Source: the human T2T-CHM13v2.0 reference genome, Homo sapiens
DNA: 64,000 nucleotides
Assembly: GCF_009914755.1 (NCBI RefSeq)
Contig: NC_060936.1
Strand: one strand, 5' to 3'
The notes under the pieces are model-generated. The model was not told the origin of the DNA. It did no database searches and was given only the letters and a program-made list of their open reading frames with translations. The translations under genes and the position numbers were made by a program. Below, in pieces: positions 23,820 to 41,722 of this stretch (its first letter is position 1; every line of letters begins with the position of its first letter).

Positions 23820-23990
23820 TCAATCAGTTAGGAATGACATTGGATCAGTTAATCTGTCAGTGCCTTTGTTTCCTTATCTGTAAAATGGGGATTATAACTA
23901 CCTACCTCATAGGGGTGTTACTGGATTAAATGAGTGTATGTGAAGTGCTTAGTATTTATAGGAAGCCATTAAATGGGTGGATATTTTTAT
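23820..23990 (+). mobile_element. MIR fragment
   Basis: GTTTCCTTATCTGTAAAATGGGGATTATAACTACCTACCTCATAGGGGTGTT. Confidence 0.7.
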
Positions 23991-24003
23991 TATATGAAAA
24001 TAA

Positions 24004-24336
<333 letters not shown>

Positions 24337-25310
24337 TAAAAAGGTGACAGCATCCTACTACAAGCCAGATCAGAGCCTTGGTATTTTTTTTAATAATCTG
24401 ACTCCAACCTACCTTTCTGGTTTTGCTTTCATTTCTCCACTCCCTTCCTCCACATCATACTTTGTGATCCACTAACAGTGATGGGCTCCTTGACGCTTCC
24501 TGGCCTCCATGCATGCATTGTCTCCCTGTAGCCTTTTCCTCCCTCATTTGTCCATCTGGTGAATAAATCCTCAACATACCTTTCCTCCAGAAAGCCCTCC
24601 TTGACCTGCCCAGAAGAATCCCCTGCCTCCTCTAACTATTGGTTTTTATATGTACAAGTTTTTACAAGCCCAATCATAGACCACAGACCAAAAGCATCTT
24701 AAAGTGGAGCTACTTAAAATAGGGACAAAAGTAATGTTAAGAAAATAATGAAAAAGAGATTTCCAACGGAGTTTCCAAGGGGAGGCCATCCCTCTGCCTC
24801 ACTTCCATAAGAGAGAACAGAGCATGACTATATAATGCAAAGGAAAAGAGCTGTCATTAGTTCTGTTTGTCAGGTTTTCCACCCTCCCACTGTAAATGCC
24901 ACTCCTTATTAAGGAAGCCTAGCTTTGTGTCCATGATGACTCCATTCTCTACTTGATTCTTAGCCACTGCTTTTTATCAGGATGGAGCGAGCAGCAGGAG
25001 AAGCTCCGAGCCCACCCTTGAGCAGATTTGATAATGGGTTTCATTTCAAGATCTAACTGATTGGACTGAGAAGGATGGATCTGAGAGGGACTGCTGGATT
25101 GGGACTGCATCTAGGCACAGCAGAAGAGAGTGCTGTGGTTGATGAGTGATGCCTGTAGTGCCTACTAGAAAGAAGAGTGGTTGCAGTTTTGTAACATAGT
25201 TGCAAACCCTGTCTGGGAGGTTGTAGTGTATTCCTAACACTTGCTTAGTATTTCATCTAGAAGTTGGAGCCAACTAATACGAGCTCCCCCAAGTTGTCTC
25301 TTCTCTATTT

Positions 25311-25642
25311 TAGGGACCCCCAAACCCTGGGCCCCAGACTGGTACTAGTCCATGACCTGTTAGGAATCAGGCTGCACAGCAGGAGGTGAGTGGCAGCGAG
25401 CAAGCATTACCACCTGAGGTCCACCGCCTGGCAGATCAGCAGCAGCCACAGATTCTCACAGGAGTGTGAACGCTATTGGGAACTGCGCATCCGAGGGATC
25501 TAGGCTGAGCGCTCCTTATGAGAATCTAATGCCTGATCTGAGGTGGAACAGTTTCATCTAGAAACCATCCCCTTCCCCAGTCCGTGGAAAAACTGTCTTC
25601 CATGAAACTGGTCTCTGGTGCCAAAAAAGTTGGGCACCAGTG
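25311..25642 (+). mobile_element. MER1B-like hAT-Charlie element
   Basis: CCTGTTAGGAATCAGGCTGCACAGCAGGAGGTGAGTGGC...GCTCCTTATGAGAATCTAATGCCTGA...GGTGCCAAAAAAGTTGGG. Confidence 0.85.
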
Positions 25643-25749
25643 CTCTACTTCATTATTTCCTGGTATCTTGCCTTGCCTTTCCTACTGAGCAACCATCTTA
25701 AGAGAAAAAGATTTTTTTTTTCTAGAAATAACATGTTATACAATATAAA

Positions 25750-26070
25750 TAGTCATCCCTTTGTATCCACAGAAGACTGGTTCCAGGACCCCCAGTGGAT
25801 ACCAAAATTGGCAGATGGTCAAGTCCCTAATATAAAATAGTGTCATATTTGCATATAACCTATGTACATCCTCCTGTATACTTTAAGTCATCTCTGGATT
25901 ATTTATAACACCTAATACAATGCAAATTTCATGTAAATATTTGTTATGCTATGTTGTTTATTTGTATTGTCTTTATTGTTGAATTGCTATCTTTTCTTAT
26001 TTTTGAACATTTTTGATCCACAGTGGGTTGAATCTGTAGATGTGCAACATGCAGATATAGAGGTTGACTG
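25750..26070 (+). mobile_element. MER2 (Tigger-family) element
   Basis: AGTCATCCCTTTGTATCC...GGTTCCAGGACCCCCAGTGGATACCAAAAT...GATATAGAGGTTGACTG followed by TA. Confidence 0.85.
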
Positions 26071-26384
26071 TATACATTTTTTATTTTTCAATTAAATAAT
26101 TAATTAAAAAAGAGAAATTGTCCTTGCTCCAATCACCTCCCATCTGCCCAGATCTAAAAAAGAAAAACTTCCTCCATTTCCTTACAGCATGTTTAGAAAA
26201 TTTATAATAGGTTCTCCGAGAAATATTTTAAGCAGATGAAATGCTGAGCAGCTGCAGGGACCTAAAGGAAGTATAAACCCATTTGCTGATTTTTTACAAA
26301 ATTTAGATTTAGCAATGTTCAGGCTTTGGGAAAATGGAGTGGAAAGACCATTGACGGTGGCAATAAAAGAATAAAATGGGGGAA

Positions 26385-26877
26385 CTTCATTAGCTGTTGT
26401 TACTAGCAAACCACCTCAATACTTAGAGGCTTAAAACAACCATTTATTTGGTTTCTGGGCCTCGGGTTTGATGGGGCAGTTCTCCTGACCTAGGCCAGGC
26501 CTGGCTGATCTTGGTTGGGCTTATTTATGGCTGACATCAGCTTTGGGCCAGCTGTGGGCTGGCTCATCTAGAATGGTTTCAGCTGGGGTGGCTCATCTTC
26601 ATTCCCATGGTCTGTAATCCAGAAGACCAGCCCAGTTTGTTCACATGGCAGCAGGGCAGGATTCCTAGAAAGAGTAGACACGGTAAGGTTTCTTTGAGGC
26701 TCAGGCTTAGAAATGGCGTAATGTCACTTTTGCCATATTGTCATGGCCAGAGTAAATCACGAGGCCAGCCCAGATTCAAAGGCTCCATCTTACCAGGAGG
26801 AGCTATAAAGTCACATTACAAAGGAGCCTTTTACCAGGAGGGAAATAACTAGGGCAATTTTTACAAACAATCTACCA
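26385..26877 (-). mobile_element. MLT1H-like MaLR LTR
   Basis: AAACCACCTCAATACTTAGAGGCTTAAAACAACCATTTATT...AAATCACGAGGCCAGCCCAGATTCAA...AATCTACCA. Confidence 0.7.
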
Positions 26878-27079
26878 GTCATTTACTGAAGTGACTGACT
26901 AGGATGTGCAGGAAGGCAAAGGAGGGGAAATGAGGCCTTGTAAACGGAGATGAGGCCGTGAGAATGGAAAGGGGGCCAACAGCAAGATAGGGAAAGGAAT
27001 GGGGGAAGGAGGGGAATAGTTCATTAGAATAATAAAGTAGTGGGCAGAGAATAAAACTACTCACCTCTAACGGCAATCA

Positions 27080-27440
27080 TGATGTAGTTGAAGGAATTAA
27101 CCCCTCTAGAATTTAATTTCTTCACCTATAAAATAGGAATAATAACATCTGGATTACAAGGTGGTTGTGAGATTGTAAATACAATGCATAAAAGATTTAG
27201 CCTACATGGGGGGATTCAACACCCTCCCCCATATATGCAACCCCATCCACGCATGCACATATTATAATTACACGTGTGGAACGTCTGACCAAGAGTCAAA
27301 ACCTGGGGCATGATCTCAGATCTGATTTTTATAATCTAGTAAGTCTGAGCAAATCACTTAAATCTCTGAACTTCAGTCTTATCATCTGTTGAATGGGGAT
27401 AATAATAACAACCTCAAAATAAGTCTCCTGAGGAGTTCAA
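27080..27440 (+). mobile_element. Two MIR fragments
   Basis: TTTCTTCACCTATAAAATAGGAATAATAACA and GCAAATCACTTAAATCTCTGAACTTCAG...ATCTGTTGAATGGGGATAATAATA. Confidence 0.55.
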
Positions 27441-27824
27441 GAAAGGAACCAAAGAGCTCTCTGTGTGCTCCGGAGAAGAGCTTAGCCTTGACCTTTAACC
27501 CAGTATGAGCAGAAATAAAATAAAGGTCCCAGGATTCCACATGCTTCTGGATTCGCCTTGTAGCCTCCCCACTTCTTTTAGTCTTAAGAAAATCAGGATT
27601 AATTATATTGCGCCCTTATCCCTCATTCTCAGTTCTCACAAGAAGCCCAGAAATCTCAGGATATGCCTCTTCCCTCAGCCTCCCATTTCATATGGCTCTG
27701 CACATATTCTTCTCACTAACCTTCTTTATCCCTCAAGTCACAATGGCCACCTATCCAGTGCTCAGTCACCCATGTGACTAGTGGCTACCATACTGCACAG
27801 GATAGGTTTCGTCCTTGCACCTCT

Positions 27825-28935
27825 AACTCATTCTCCTGATGATTTCATCCATTCCCATGGCTTTAAATGCAATTTCTGTGTTAATAAATCCAAAACATAT
27901 ATCTATGGCTCAGACCTCTTAGCTACACTCCAGTAGCCATTACCTCCTTAACATATCCATTTGAATGTGTGAAAGCCATCTCAAAGTCAACATGTCCACA
28001 ACAAAAATCGTGTGCCTTCCTTCCAAATCCGCTCCTCTCATGATCTTTGCCATTTCAGTGAACAACAAGCTCATTATTTTAATTGATCAGGTCACAAATC
28101 TTGGAGTGATGTTTGAATCTTCTTTTCCTCTTAAACGCCACTGCTGATCCATCAGCAAGTCCTCTTGATTCTGTCTTCAAAACGCATCTGAATTTGTACA
28201 TTCACATCTCCAACACAGCCCTCCTAGTCCAAGCTAGCGTCATCTTTCACCTGGATTAAGGTGATGGCCTCCTAATTATTCTCTCCCCTTCTGTCCTTGC
28301 CCCATACTTCTGTTCTCATCACAGCAATCAGCGTGTTCCTGTTTAAATGTAAGACAGTCTTACCATTCCTCTGCTCAAAAATCTTCCAACGTTTTCTCTT
28401 CTTTTTCAGAATAAAAGTCAAAATCCTCTCAATGGCCTTTGATAAACTATATTTTCATTTTTTACTACTCTTTCCCTTGTTCACTCTCTTTTAGTCACAG
28501 TGCCTCTTTGCTGACCCTGGGACACACAAGTCTCACTTCTACCTCATTGCCTTTGCACGTGCTGTTTCCTCTGACCAGAATGCCTTTCCCCTAGGTAATC
28601 TGCTTAGATGGTTTCCTGGTGTCCTTCAGTTCTATGCTCAGATGTCACCTTCTCAGCAAGTCCTTCCCCAACCACCCTGGTTAAAACAGCTCCCACCCTC
28701 TACCCCAGTATCCTCTACCTCCTTCTCTGTTTTATTTGTGTCTAAAGCACTCCTTCCATTGGATGCTCCATGTATTTATTTACTTGGTTGGTTGGTTGTT
28801 ATCTGTTGCCCCCCGCTAAGCAATGAACTACATCAGAGGAGAGACTTTGGTTATTTTGTTTCCTGAGGTATTCCTTGAGCTTAGAACAGTGCCTGGCACA
28901 GAGTAGCCCATCAGTGAAACTTTGTTGAGTGAATA
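27825..28935 (+). mobile_element. L2a 3' end
   Basis: CCCATGGCTTTAAATGC, CATCTCAAAGTCAACATGTCC, CCTTTGCACGTGCTGTTTCCTC, TAGAACAGTGCCTGGCACAGAGTAG...GTTGAGTGAAT. Confidence 0.8.
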
Positions 28936-29016
28936 AGCAAAACAATGACTACCACAAGTTTAGCACTGTGCCTGGCACACAGCAGGTGTTTAATAAATGT
29001 TATTTTCTTTTCTCAC

Positions 29017-29018
<2 letters not shown>

Positions 29019-29048
<30 letters not shown>
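29019..29048. repeat. (GT)n microsatellite
   Basis: Direct reading. Confidence 0.95.
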
Positions 29049-29050
<2 letters not shown>

Positions 29051-30689
29051 CAAATGGTATATTGAATAAGGCACGATATATTGCTATAAAATGCTACACA
29101 GTTTTAAATCACTACTACCTGTATTACTGCATTTACCATAGTGCCTTGTACTTAGCCCATATGAATTTTGAGCAGAGATTTAGATAGGATCGCTGCAGGA
29201 AACAGACACTGGGACAGACACAGCTTGCTCTAACAGTGAAGCATCTAGATGCTTCTTATCTGTTGTAGGCTAGACATCCAGATGACCAAGTAATTATAAT
29301 CATGTTTAATGCAAGAGTAAATGTTCTTATTGTGTTCTCGTGGCTTTATATAAGAGATAAATCCTATACAGAGTAGCCATATGGTACAACCAGCAGAGTC
29401 ACCTAATGTCATTTCGTGCCAGGACAAGCAGCCCTAGACTCTTCACCTGCTCAGAGCAACCATTGCAGAGACCCAGATAACCAAAACTTAGCCATTAACA
29501 AAAGGCTAGAGGTCCTGGTATACTAGATATTATGGCAGGGATATATATTTTAGGGAACTTTACATACCAAACAATTAAAAATTTATAAAAACAGTTTTTG
29601 AAGCTTAGAAGAGCCAGCTTCAAACCTCTAGGTAATTAATTTATGTGAATTTTTTCAGCTTTCAAAAATACTTTTCAAATATGAAGGGCTTAAAAATTGT
29701 TCTGTTTGTTTTACAATTACCTTCCTCCTTACGCAGCTTTCTTTCCTATACGACAATCAACAATTCTGTGTACATTCCTAAACGGCCCATTTACTATTTT
29801 TATAGGGCACTTAATGAGTTTCCTTCAGAGATTTGAAAAGAACAATTTTCTGGAAAGAAGATAAAACTAAAAGTGTTCTGTAATGATCAGTGATGGGATG
29901 AGGTAAGCAAATCTTAAGAAAATCATAATTTAAAAAATCCCAGCAAATTTATGCTAAAAGAGGCCAGATAACCATCAAATGACTAATAAGGTATAAGTTA
30001 GACCTCAACTGTGCTTCTAGTTCTAGTTGAACCATGCTTCAGCCATCAACTGAGGAAGTGGTCATTAGATTATGCATTTCTTAGAAGCACAAGCACCTCT
30101 CTCTTCGGTTATATTAGAGTTCAGGACTTAGAAGGAGAGTATATAAGCCTTAAGAGGATAAGGACCAACATTTCTTTTTTTTGCTGTTTAGCCCAGAGCA
30201 CGAGGAGGCCCTGGAGAGATTATCTCTGGAGAGGTAATGACAACCATCATGGTAATCTGTCCCCAGAAATCTGGAAATACATTGCTGGTTTTACTTTTCT
30301 GAACTCCCTAGGGCCTAACTATTGTCACATAAAATGTAAATATTCTTCTTTTAGGGATATCTTTGTTTAAACACCAAAGGAGAGCAGCCAAAACCAATTA
30401 TAAAAAGCCATCCGCATTTATGTGAATAGGCCAGCTTCCTGACCATGGGTGTCAGACCAGGTCATCCAGGAATCCATGAGCAGGGTTTTGGGGAGTGTAA
30501 GCCCTTGAACCCACTTGTTTCTGCCCCTCTGAGACCTTGCTCCATCAGTCTGCTTCCTACTATTGTGCCACTCAGTCTCTGCCAGTCTGTCTTGCTCCTT
30601 CTCCTCAGCCTAGGGACATACTCAAGTCTCTTTCATCCTGAGCAAACCCAGTTCTTTCTCTCCTGTTTCTTTGTCTTCCTCCCACTTAT

Positions 30690-31940
30690 TACACTATGAC
30701 AAAACATGGTTCTAATTTTGCCTATTTCTAAACTTCATTAAATGAAATGAGATAGTATAAATTCTTCCATAACAGTCTTCTTGTCCTCACTATTTGGTAC
30801 ATGACATTTAGCATGTTGTTTTGTGTAGCAATAGTTGTTTATTTCTTTGCTGTCTAATATTGTTCATTAATATTTAACAGTTTCTTTATTTTACTATTGG
30901 TAGACTTGCTTCCAATTGTAAATTATTAAAAATAATGCTGCCTTGAACATTTTCTGTGTCTTTTTCTGTATATATGTATACATTTTTGTTGGCTGTGTAT
31001 CCAGGAGTGAATTTACTAAGTCACAGGATACACAGATAACCAGGTTTATAGATGCTGCCAAATGACTTTTTGAAGTGGCTTTAAAAATGTATATTGTCAT
31101 CAGCAGTTTATGATAGTACAGGTGACTCAAATTCTCACCAATTCTTGGTATTTTAATGTTTTATTTTAAACATTCTAAAGGAAGTATAGTGGTTTTAGTT
31201 TGCATTTCTCTGATAACTAGTGATGTTTAATAGCTTTGTATATTTTATTACCCATTTAGGATCCCCTTTTTTTAGGAGCTTTTTGAAAGTATTTATTCAT
31301 GATTTATTCAATTGTCTGGATTTTTTATTCTGATTCAAAGGAGTTATTTATATATTCTGGATATAAACATTTTATCAAATATTTATATTGCAAACTTCTT
31401 TACGTGTGACTTTTTTCACTTTCATAATGATGCTTTATGACGAATAGAAGTTCTTCATTTTTATTAACTATAATTTTTATTTTGTAGTTAGTGCTGTTAT
31501 ATCCTATTTAAAATGTTTGTGTACCCCAAGCTCATGAAGATATATTCCTGTGATATCATCCAGAGCGTTACTATTTTACCTTTTACACTTAGATCTATGA
31601 ACTATTTGGAATTGATTTGTTGTGTGTGGTTTGAAATAGGGGGTCAATATTTTTTCCATATGGATAATCAGTTGAAACATTACCGAACATTGAAAAGACA
31701 ATTCTTCCCTAACTTTATTAAAGTGGCAACTTTGTGATGAATTCAGTAGGCTTTTATGAGAACATCTATTTATAGACTCTATCCCCTTTATCTTCGGTCA
31801 CTTATTTGCCGATGCCACAATATCTTAGTTACTTTAACTTTATAATATGTCTGAAATTCTGAAGTTTAGGTTCCCTCACTGTGATGTTATTCTACAAGAT
31901 TATCATGACAAATCTTTGCCCTTTGCATATCCATATACTT
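30690..31940 (-). mobile_element. Old L1M (L1ME-like) 3' region
   Basis: Antisense L1 3' motifs: AATAATGCTGCCTTGAACATT, GGTTTTAGTTTGCATTTCTCTGATAACTAG, TTATATATTCTGGATA. Confidence 0.7.
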
Positions 31941-31944
31941 TGTT

Positions 31945-34900
31945 TTTAAATTTTATATTTAATTTTATTTTAATTTTGAGATAATTGTGTATTTGCATGC
32001 AATTGTAAGAGACACTACAGAAAGATTCTGTGGAACTTTTATGCAGTTTTCCCCAGTGATAACATCTTAAATATTATTGCACAATATCACAAACAGGATA
32101 TTGACATTAAAACTCACTGTGGCTTTAATTTGTGTTTCCTTAATTACTGAACATCTTTTCATGGGCTTATTTGCCAATTATATAACCTCTTATATAAATA
32201 AAATGTCTGTTCATATCTTTTGCCTATTTTAAAACTGGATTGTTTTCTTTCTTAATGTTGGATTTGAGAGTTCTTCACATATTCTAGATACTAGTCCTTT
32301 CTCAAATACATGGTTTACAAATATTTTCTCCTGGTCTGTAGTTTAAGTTTTATCCTCTTTACAGGATCTTTCTAAAAGCAAATGTTTTTAGCTTTGATGT
32401 GGTCTGAATTATCACTTTTTAAAAAACTGAATTGTGTTTGCGATGTTAATCTAAAAACTCCACCAAGTCTCAAATCCTGAAGATTTTCTCCTACTTTTTT
32501 TTAAAGAGAAGTTTTGTATTTCTACAGTTTTCATTTAAGTCCATGATCTGTTTTAAGTTAAATTTTGTACAAGATGTGAGACTTAGATTGATTTTTACGA
32601 TGGCCTGTGAACGTCCACTTGCTCTAGTACCTTTTGCTGAAAAGGCTATCTTTTCTCCATCCAATCTCTTTTTCACTTTGTCAAAATCAGTGAGGCATAT
32701 TTTTGTGGGTCTATTTATTGTTTTCAAAATTTTTATTTCATTGATTTATGTGCCTTTCCCTCTAATACCACACAGTTTGATTACTGCACCTATGTAATGC
32801 CTTCCAATCCAAAAGACTGATTCCTTCCACTTTGTTCTTTCCAAAATCATTTTAGTTAATTCAGTTTATTTGCCTTTCCATATAAATTTTAGAATAATCT
32901 TGTCTAGATATATAAGAAATCTTACTGGGATTTTGATAGTGATTGCATTGAACCTATAAATCAATTTGGGAAGCACTGACATCTTCACAATGTTAAGTCT
33001 TTCAATCCATGATCATGGTATATAGTTTATTTAGATTTTCTTTGATTTCTTTGGTCAGCATCTTGTAATTTTCAGCATATAAGTACTATACATGTTTTAT
33101 TTGATTCATCCTTAAGTATTTCAATATTTTGAGTGATTATAAATGATGTTATATTTTTAATTTTGGTTTCCACATATTCATTGCTAGCATATAGGAATAC
33201 TATTGATAATTTAATGCTTATTTTATATCCTGCAACCTTGCTGAACTCCCTTATTAGTTCTAAGAGGCTTTTTTTTGCACATTGCTCAAAATTTTCCATG
33301 TAGACAATCATGTCACCTGTAAATAGGGACTGTTACATGTTTTTTCACTTCTGATTTGGCTTCCCTTTTCTTGCTTCATTGTACTGATTAGAACTTTCAG
33401 CACTATATTGAACAAGAGTGGTGAAAGCAGGTATCTTTGCCTTGTTCCCAATATTAAGGGGAATATATTCACCAATTTAGCATCAAGTATTAAGTAGTGG
33501 TAGGTTTTTCTGTAGATGTTCTTTATCAAGTTGAGGAAGTCCCTCTCTATTCCTATCTTTCTGAGAGTTTTTATTATAAATAGCATCGGATTTTATCAAA
33601 AGCCTTTCTACACGATTGATATGACCATGTGATATTTTTCATTAGCCTGTTAATAATTTGGGGTTATACTGCTTGATTTTCAAATATTGAACCAGCCTTG
33701 CATCTCTAGAATAAACCTCACTTGGTCATAGTGTGTCATTCTCTTTATGTATTACTACTATTTGTTTATATTTTCTTGAAGATTTTTGCGTCTATATTCA
33801 TAAGGGCTATTGGTCTATAGTTTTCTTCTTTTGTACAGGCTTTTTTCTGGTTTTGACATTTGGATAATACTCCTTAAAATGAGTTAGAAAAGCATTCCTT
33901 TCTCTTCTATTTTCTGGAAGAAGTTCTATAAAATTGATGTTAATCCTTGTTTAAACATTTGACAGAATTCTCCAGTGAAATCATCTGTGCCTAGAGATTT
34001 CTTTTTTGGGAGTTTCAACATTATAAAATAAGTTGTCTTAATAATTATAGGGCTATACAAATGATTTTATATTGAGTTGTGAGTAGTTTGTGATTTTTGA
34101 GGAATAGGTCCATTTCATCTAAATTGTGAAATTTATGTGTGTAGAGTTCTTCATAGTTATCTTTGTTATCCTTTTGATGTCTGAAGGGTCTGTGATAATA
34201 TCCCATTTCATTCCTAATATTGGTAATTTTTGTCTTCTCTCTCATTTTGTCAGTCTTACTTGAGGTTTGTCAATTTTATTATCTTCCAAAGAACCAGCTC
34301 TTTGTTTCATTCATTTTTCTATATTGCTTTTCTGTGTTTTACCTAATTGATTTCTGCAATTATCTTTATTATTTCTTCCCTTCTGTTGCTTTTGGCTTAT
34401 CTTGCTCTTCTTTCTATAGATTCTTTAGGATGACTTTATTAGTTTGAAATGTTTCCTCTTTTCTAATGTATGAATTCAGTACCATTGATGTCCTATTTAA
34501 CACTATTTTAGCTGTGTCTCACAAATTTTGACATACTGTATTTTCAATTTCATTTGGTTAAATGTATTTTTAAATTCTTCTTGAGACTTCTTCTTTGACC
34601 GATGCAATATTTAGAAGTGTATTGTTTAGCTCCCAAGTGTTTAGAGATTTTTTCTGTCATTGATTTCCAGTTTAATTCCACCATAGTTAGAGAAAATATT
34701 TTGTATGATTTCAACTTTTCTGAATTGGTTGAGATTTGTTTTATGACCCATGATATAGTCTATTTTGGTATAGATCCTTCAGGCACTAAAAAGCATCTGT
34801 ATTCTGTTTGTTGGGTGGAGTGTTCTATACATAGCGATTAGATTTTTTTGGTGAAGGTTTTGTTGAGTTCTTCTATACACTTGCTAATTTTCTGTCTAGT

Positions 34901-35961
34901 TGTTCCATCAATTGTTGAGAGGAGTATGTCGAAAGTCTCAAATACTAATTGTGGATTGGTATATTTTTCCTTTTACTTTTATCAGATTTTGCTGCTCAAA
35001 TTTTGCAGCTCTGTTATTTGGTGCCTACATATTTAGGCTTGCTATGCCATCTTTACTTTATCACTTGAAAAATATTGTGCTAGTTTTGGCCTCTGGGGTT
35101 TCTGATGAGAAATGTGGTACTCACATCATTTTCTCCCTAGAGGTGCCATTTCTCTCTCACTGTATTCAAGATTTTTTCTTTGCCTCTAGTTTTTAGAAGT
35201 TTGACTATAATGTGCCTTGGTGTAGATTTCTTAAGATTTATCTTGTTTAGATTATGTTTGGTTCTGTAGGTTTATGTCTTGTGACAAATTCTGAAAGTTC
35301 TCAGCCATCATTTCTTTGCATATTTTCAGCTCTATCTTCTTTTTCCTCTCCTTCCATGACTCTGAAGACATGAATATTAGATTTTTTGTTATAGTCCCAT
35401 AGGCTCCTGAAGCTCTGTTTATGTGTTTATTTATTGAGTTTGTTTATCCTGTCTGTTCTGATTGAGTGTTTTTTATTGTTTTATCTTCCAGATCACTGAT
35501 CCTTTTTTCTATTCCCTTAATTATTTTGTTGGACACATCCGTTGAGTTTTTCAAAAGTTTATTTATTATATTGTGTAGCTCTAAAATTTCCATTTGGTTT
35601 TTCCATATACTTTCTATTTCCTTGGTGAGACTCCCTATTTCTTTTCTGTGAGTTTCTATTTTTCTGCTAAGATTTTTTATTTATTTTGTTTGCTTAAAGC
35701 ACGTTCATAATTGCTTGTTGAAGCATTTTAAAGATGGCTGCTTTTAAATTGTTTTCAACTAATTCTAACATCTCTATCATCTTGGTTAGCATCTAGTGAT
35801 TGTCATTTTCCCTTCACTTTGAGGTCCTCATGGTTGGTGGTAAATAACCTAATTTTTAATTGAAAGCTGAATATTTCATGCATTGTGTTCTGAGACTCTG
35901 CACTCATGTAAACCTTTGGTTTTAGCTGTTTTTTTCTGACACTGTGCTGACAAGGGAAGGG
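31945..35961 (-). mobile_element. L1MB/L1MC-type LINE (ORF2 and ORF1 remnants), host of the L1PA insertion
   Basis: Minus ORFs 33072..33311 (LLELIREFSKVAGYKI) and 33308..33586 ([17 protein letters not shown]) are L1 RT motifs; the element appears to resume at ~39820-40120. Confidence 0.8.
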
Positions 35962-35975
35962 GAGAACAGCACATC

Positions 35976-39801
<3,826 letters not shown>

Positions 39802-40124
39802 GAGAACAGCACTTCTTTACTGATGGGTGGAATAGCAGTCCACGTTTCCTGCTCATTCTCTGTTAATGCTTGAGGGGGATGCTTCTGGTTCCTCTCAGGT
39901 GGGATTGGGAGTTTGGGTCCCATTAGGCCTCTATTGATACCTTTTTGGTTGGTGGAGGTAGGAGTGTCTCATTACTGCTTCTCACATTGCCTCCATCTAC
40001 ACCATAGGCAGAGGTACCCCTTTAGTGCTGGGTGGTGTTGAAAGTCTTAACTTCCCATTGGTCTTCTTCGACATTTCCCATTTAGGGAGGTGGTATGACT
40101 CCTCATCACTAGGTTAGGATGGGT

Positions 40125-41722
40125 ATAGGAAAGTAATGTTTATTCTGTTGATGGATATAATGTTCTATACATGTCAATTAGGTCAAAGTGGTTCACTGTG
40201 TTGTTTCCATCTTTAATATCCTTAAGGACTTTTTTTTTCTCCTTGCTTTATCATTATTAAATAAAGTATGTTAGTATCCCATCATGATTTTTTTTTCTAT
40301 TTCTCTGTTGGCTTCTGTTTAATTTTGCTTTATGATCATTTTTAAACTATTTACTTGGTATGTATAAATTTAGAATTGTTTTATATAAGTGGCAGACTGG
40401 CCCTTTTATTAATACAAAGTATTTTTCTTAATCTTTAATAATTTTTTTGTTATAAAGTATTTCTTTGATATTGGTATAGCTATATCAGCTTTCTTTGGTT
40501 AGTGTTTACATATATGTCTTTTTCCTTCTTTTTAATCTCAAGTGACATTATATCAAAGAGGTATCTCTTATAAGGCGCACACAGTTGTGTTTTTACCTGA
40601 TTTTTTTTAATGAGGCATTTAGTACACATATATTTCATATTTACTTATATTGTTGATTTTATATATATCATCATTTTGTTAGTTTTCTCCTGTTTTATAC
40701 TCCTTTCTCTCATTCTTATTTTCTTTTGATTAGTCAAATATTTTTCATTATCCATTTCCCCCTTGGTTTATTGTTTTTACATTTATTTAGCATTGTTTCA
40801 GTTGATACTCTGTAAATTACAATGTTTACATGCATCATTGACTTGTTATAGCCTAAAATAAATGAATGGTTTCACCACTTCCAAGTCAATGCTTATTATG
40901 ATCTTAGTATTCCATTAGCCAATCTCAGATTTCATGTTATCATGAATTTAAATTTTATTATTTGTTCTATTATTGTTTTATAAAGTCATTATTTATTTAT
41001 ATATATACATATATTTATTCTTTCCCTTTCTATTTCTTTCTTTCTGCATTTCTGTGTTTATCTGTGATGTATTTTCCTTCTGCTTAAAGAAGGACTTGAT
41101 AAGCATTTTTAAAATTTTGCTTTCTGGTGATAAATTCTCTTAGTTTTTGTTTGCTTAGTCATATGTGTATGTCATTTTTATTTTTAAATAATATTTTTAC
41201 TTGATACTAAATTCTATATCAATAAATATTATCTTTTAGCATTTTGAAGATACCATTTTATTTTCTTCTGGTTTCTTTTGTTTCTGTTTAGAAGTCGTGT
41301 TAGTCTTAGTAATGTTATTTTAAATATTAGGTTGGTGCAAAACTAATCATGATTTTGGCCATTATTTCTAATTATTTTGCCGTTATTTCTAATGACAAAA
41401 CCATGATTACTTTTGCACCAACCTAATATAACGTGTCTTTGTTCATTTGCTGCTTTTAAAATTTTTGTTTGAATTTTGCTTTCAGCAATTTTAGTGTTTT
41501 GAGGCTAGATGTATTTTTCTTTGTTGTTAATCCTACTTGGAGTTTGCAGCATTCTTTAAATCTGCGGCTTGAAGTCTATTAATTTTGGATTTTTTTTTTA
41601 CATTTCTAATAATTTTTTTACAAATATCACTTCTATTCCATTCTATCTCTCCCTCTCTTCTATTATTTGAAGCACACATATGTTAAATATTTTCACCATG
41701 TCTCCTGCGTTTTTTTATGCCG
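40125..41722 (-). mobile_element. Old L1ME-type LINE (EN/inter-ORF/ORF1), continues at 47815-49255
   Basis: AATGTTCTATACATGTCAATTAGGTCAA, GTATAGCTATATCAGCTTTC, GATAAATTCTCTTAGTTTTTG; reads through across the HERV-L insertion. Confidence 0.65.
41327..41426. mobile_element. MADE1 (Hsmar1-derived MITE) with internal duplication
   Basis: TIRs TTAGGTTGGTGCAAAA / TTTTGCACCAACCTAA with TA on both sides. Confidence 0.92.
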
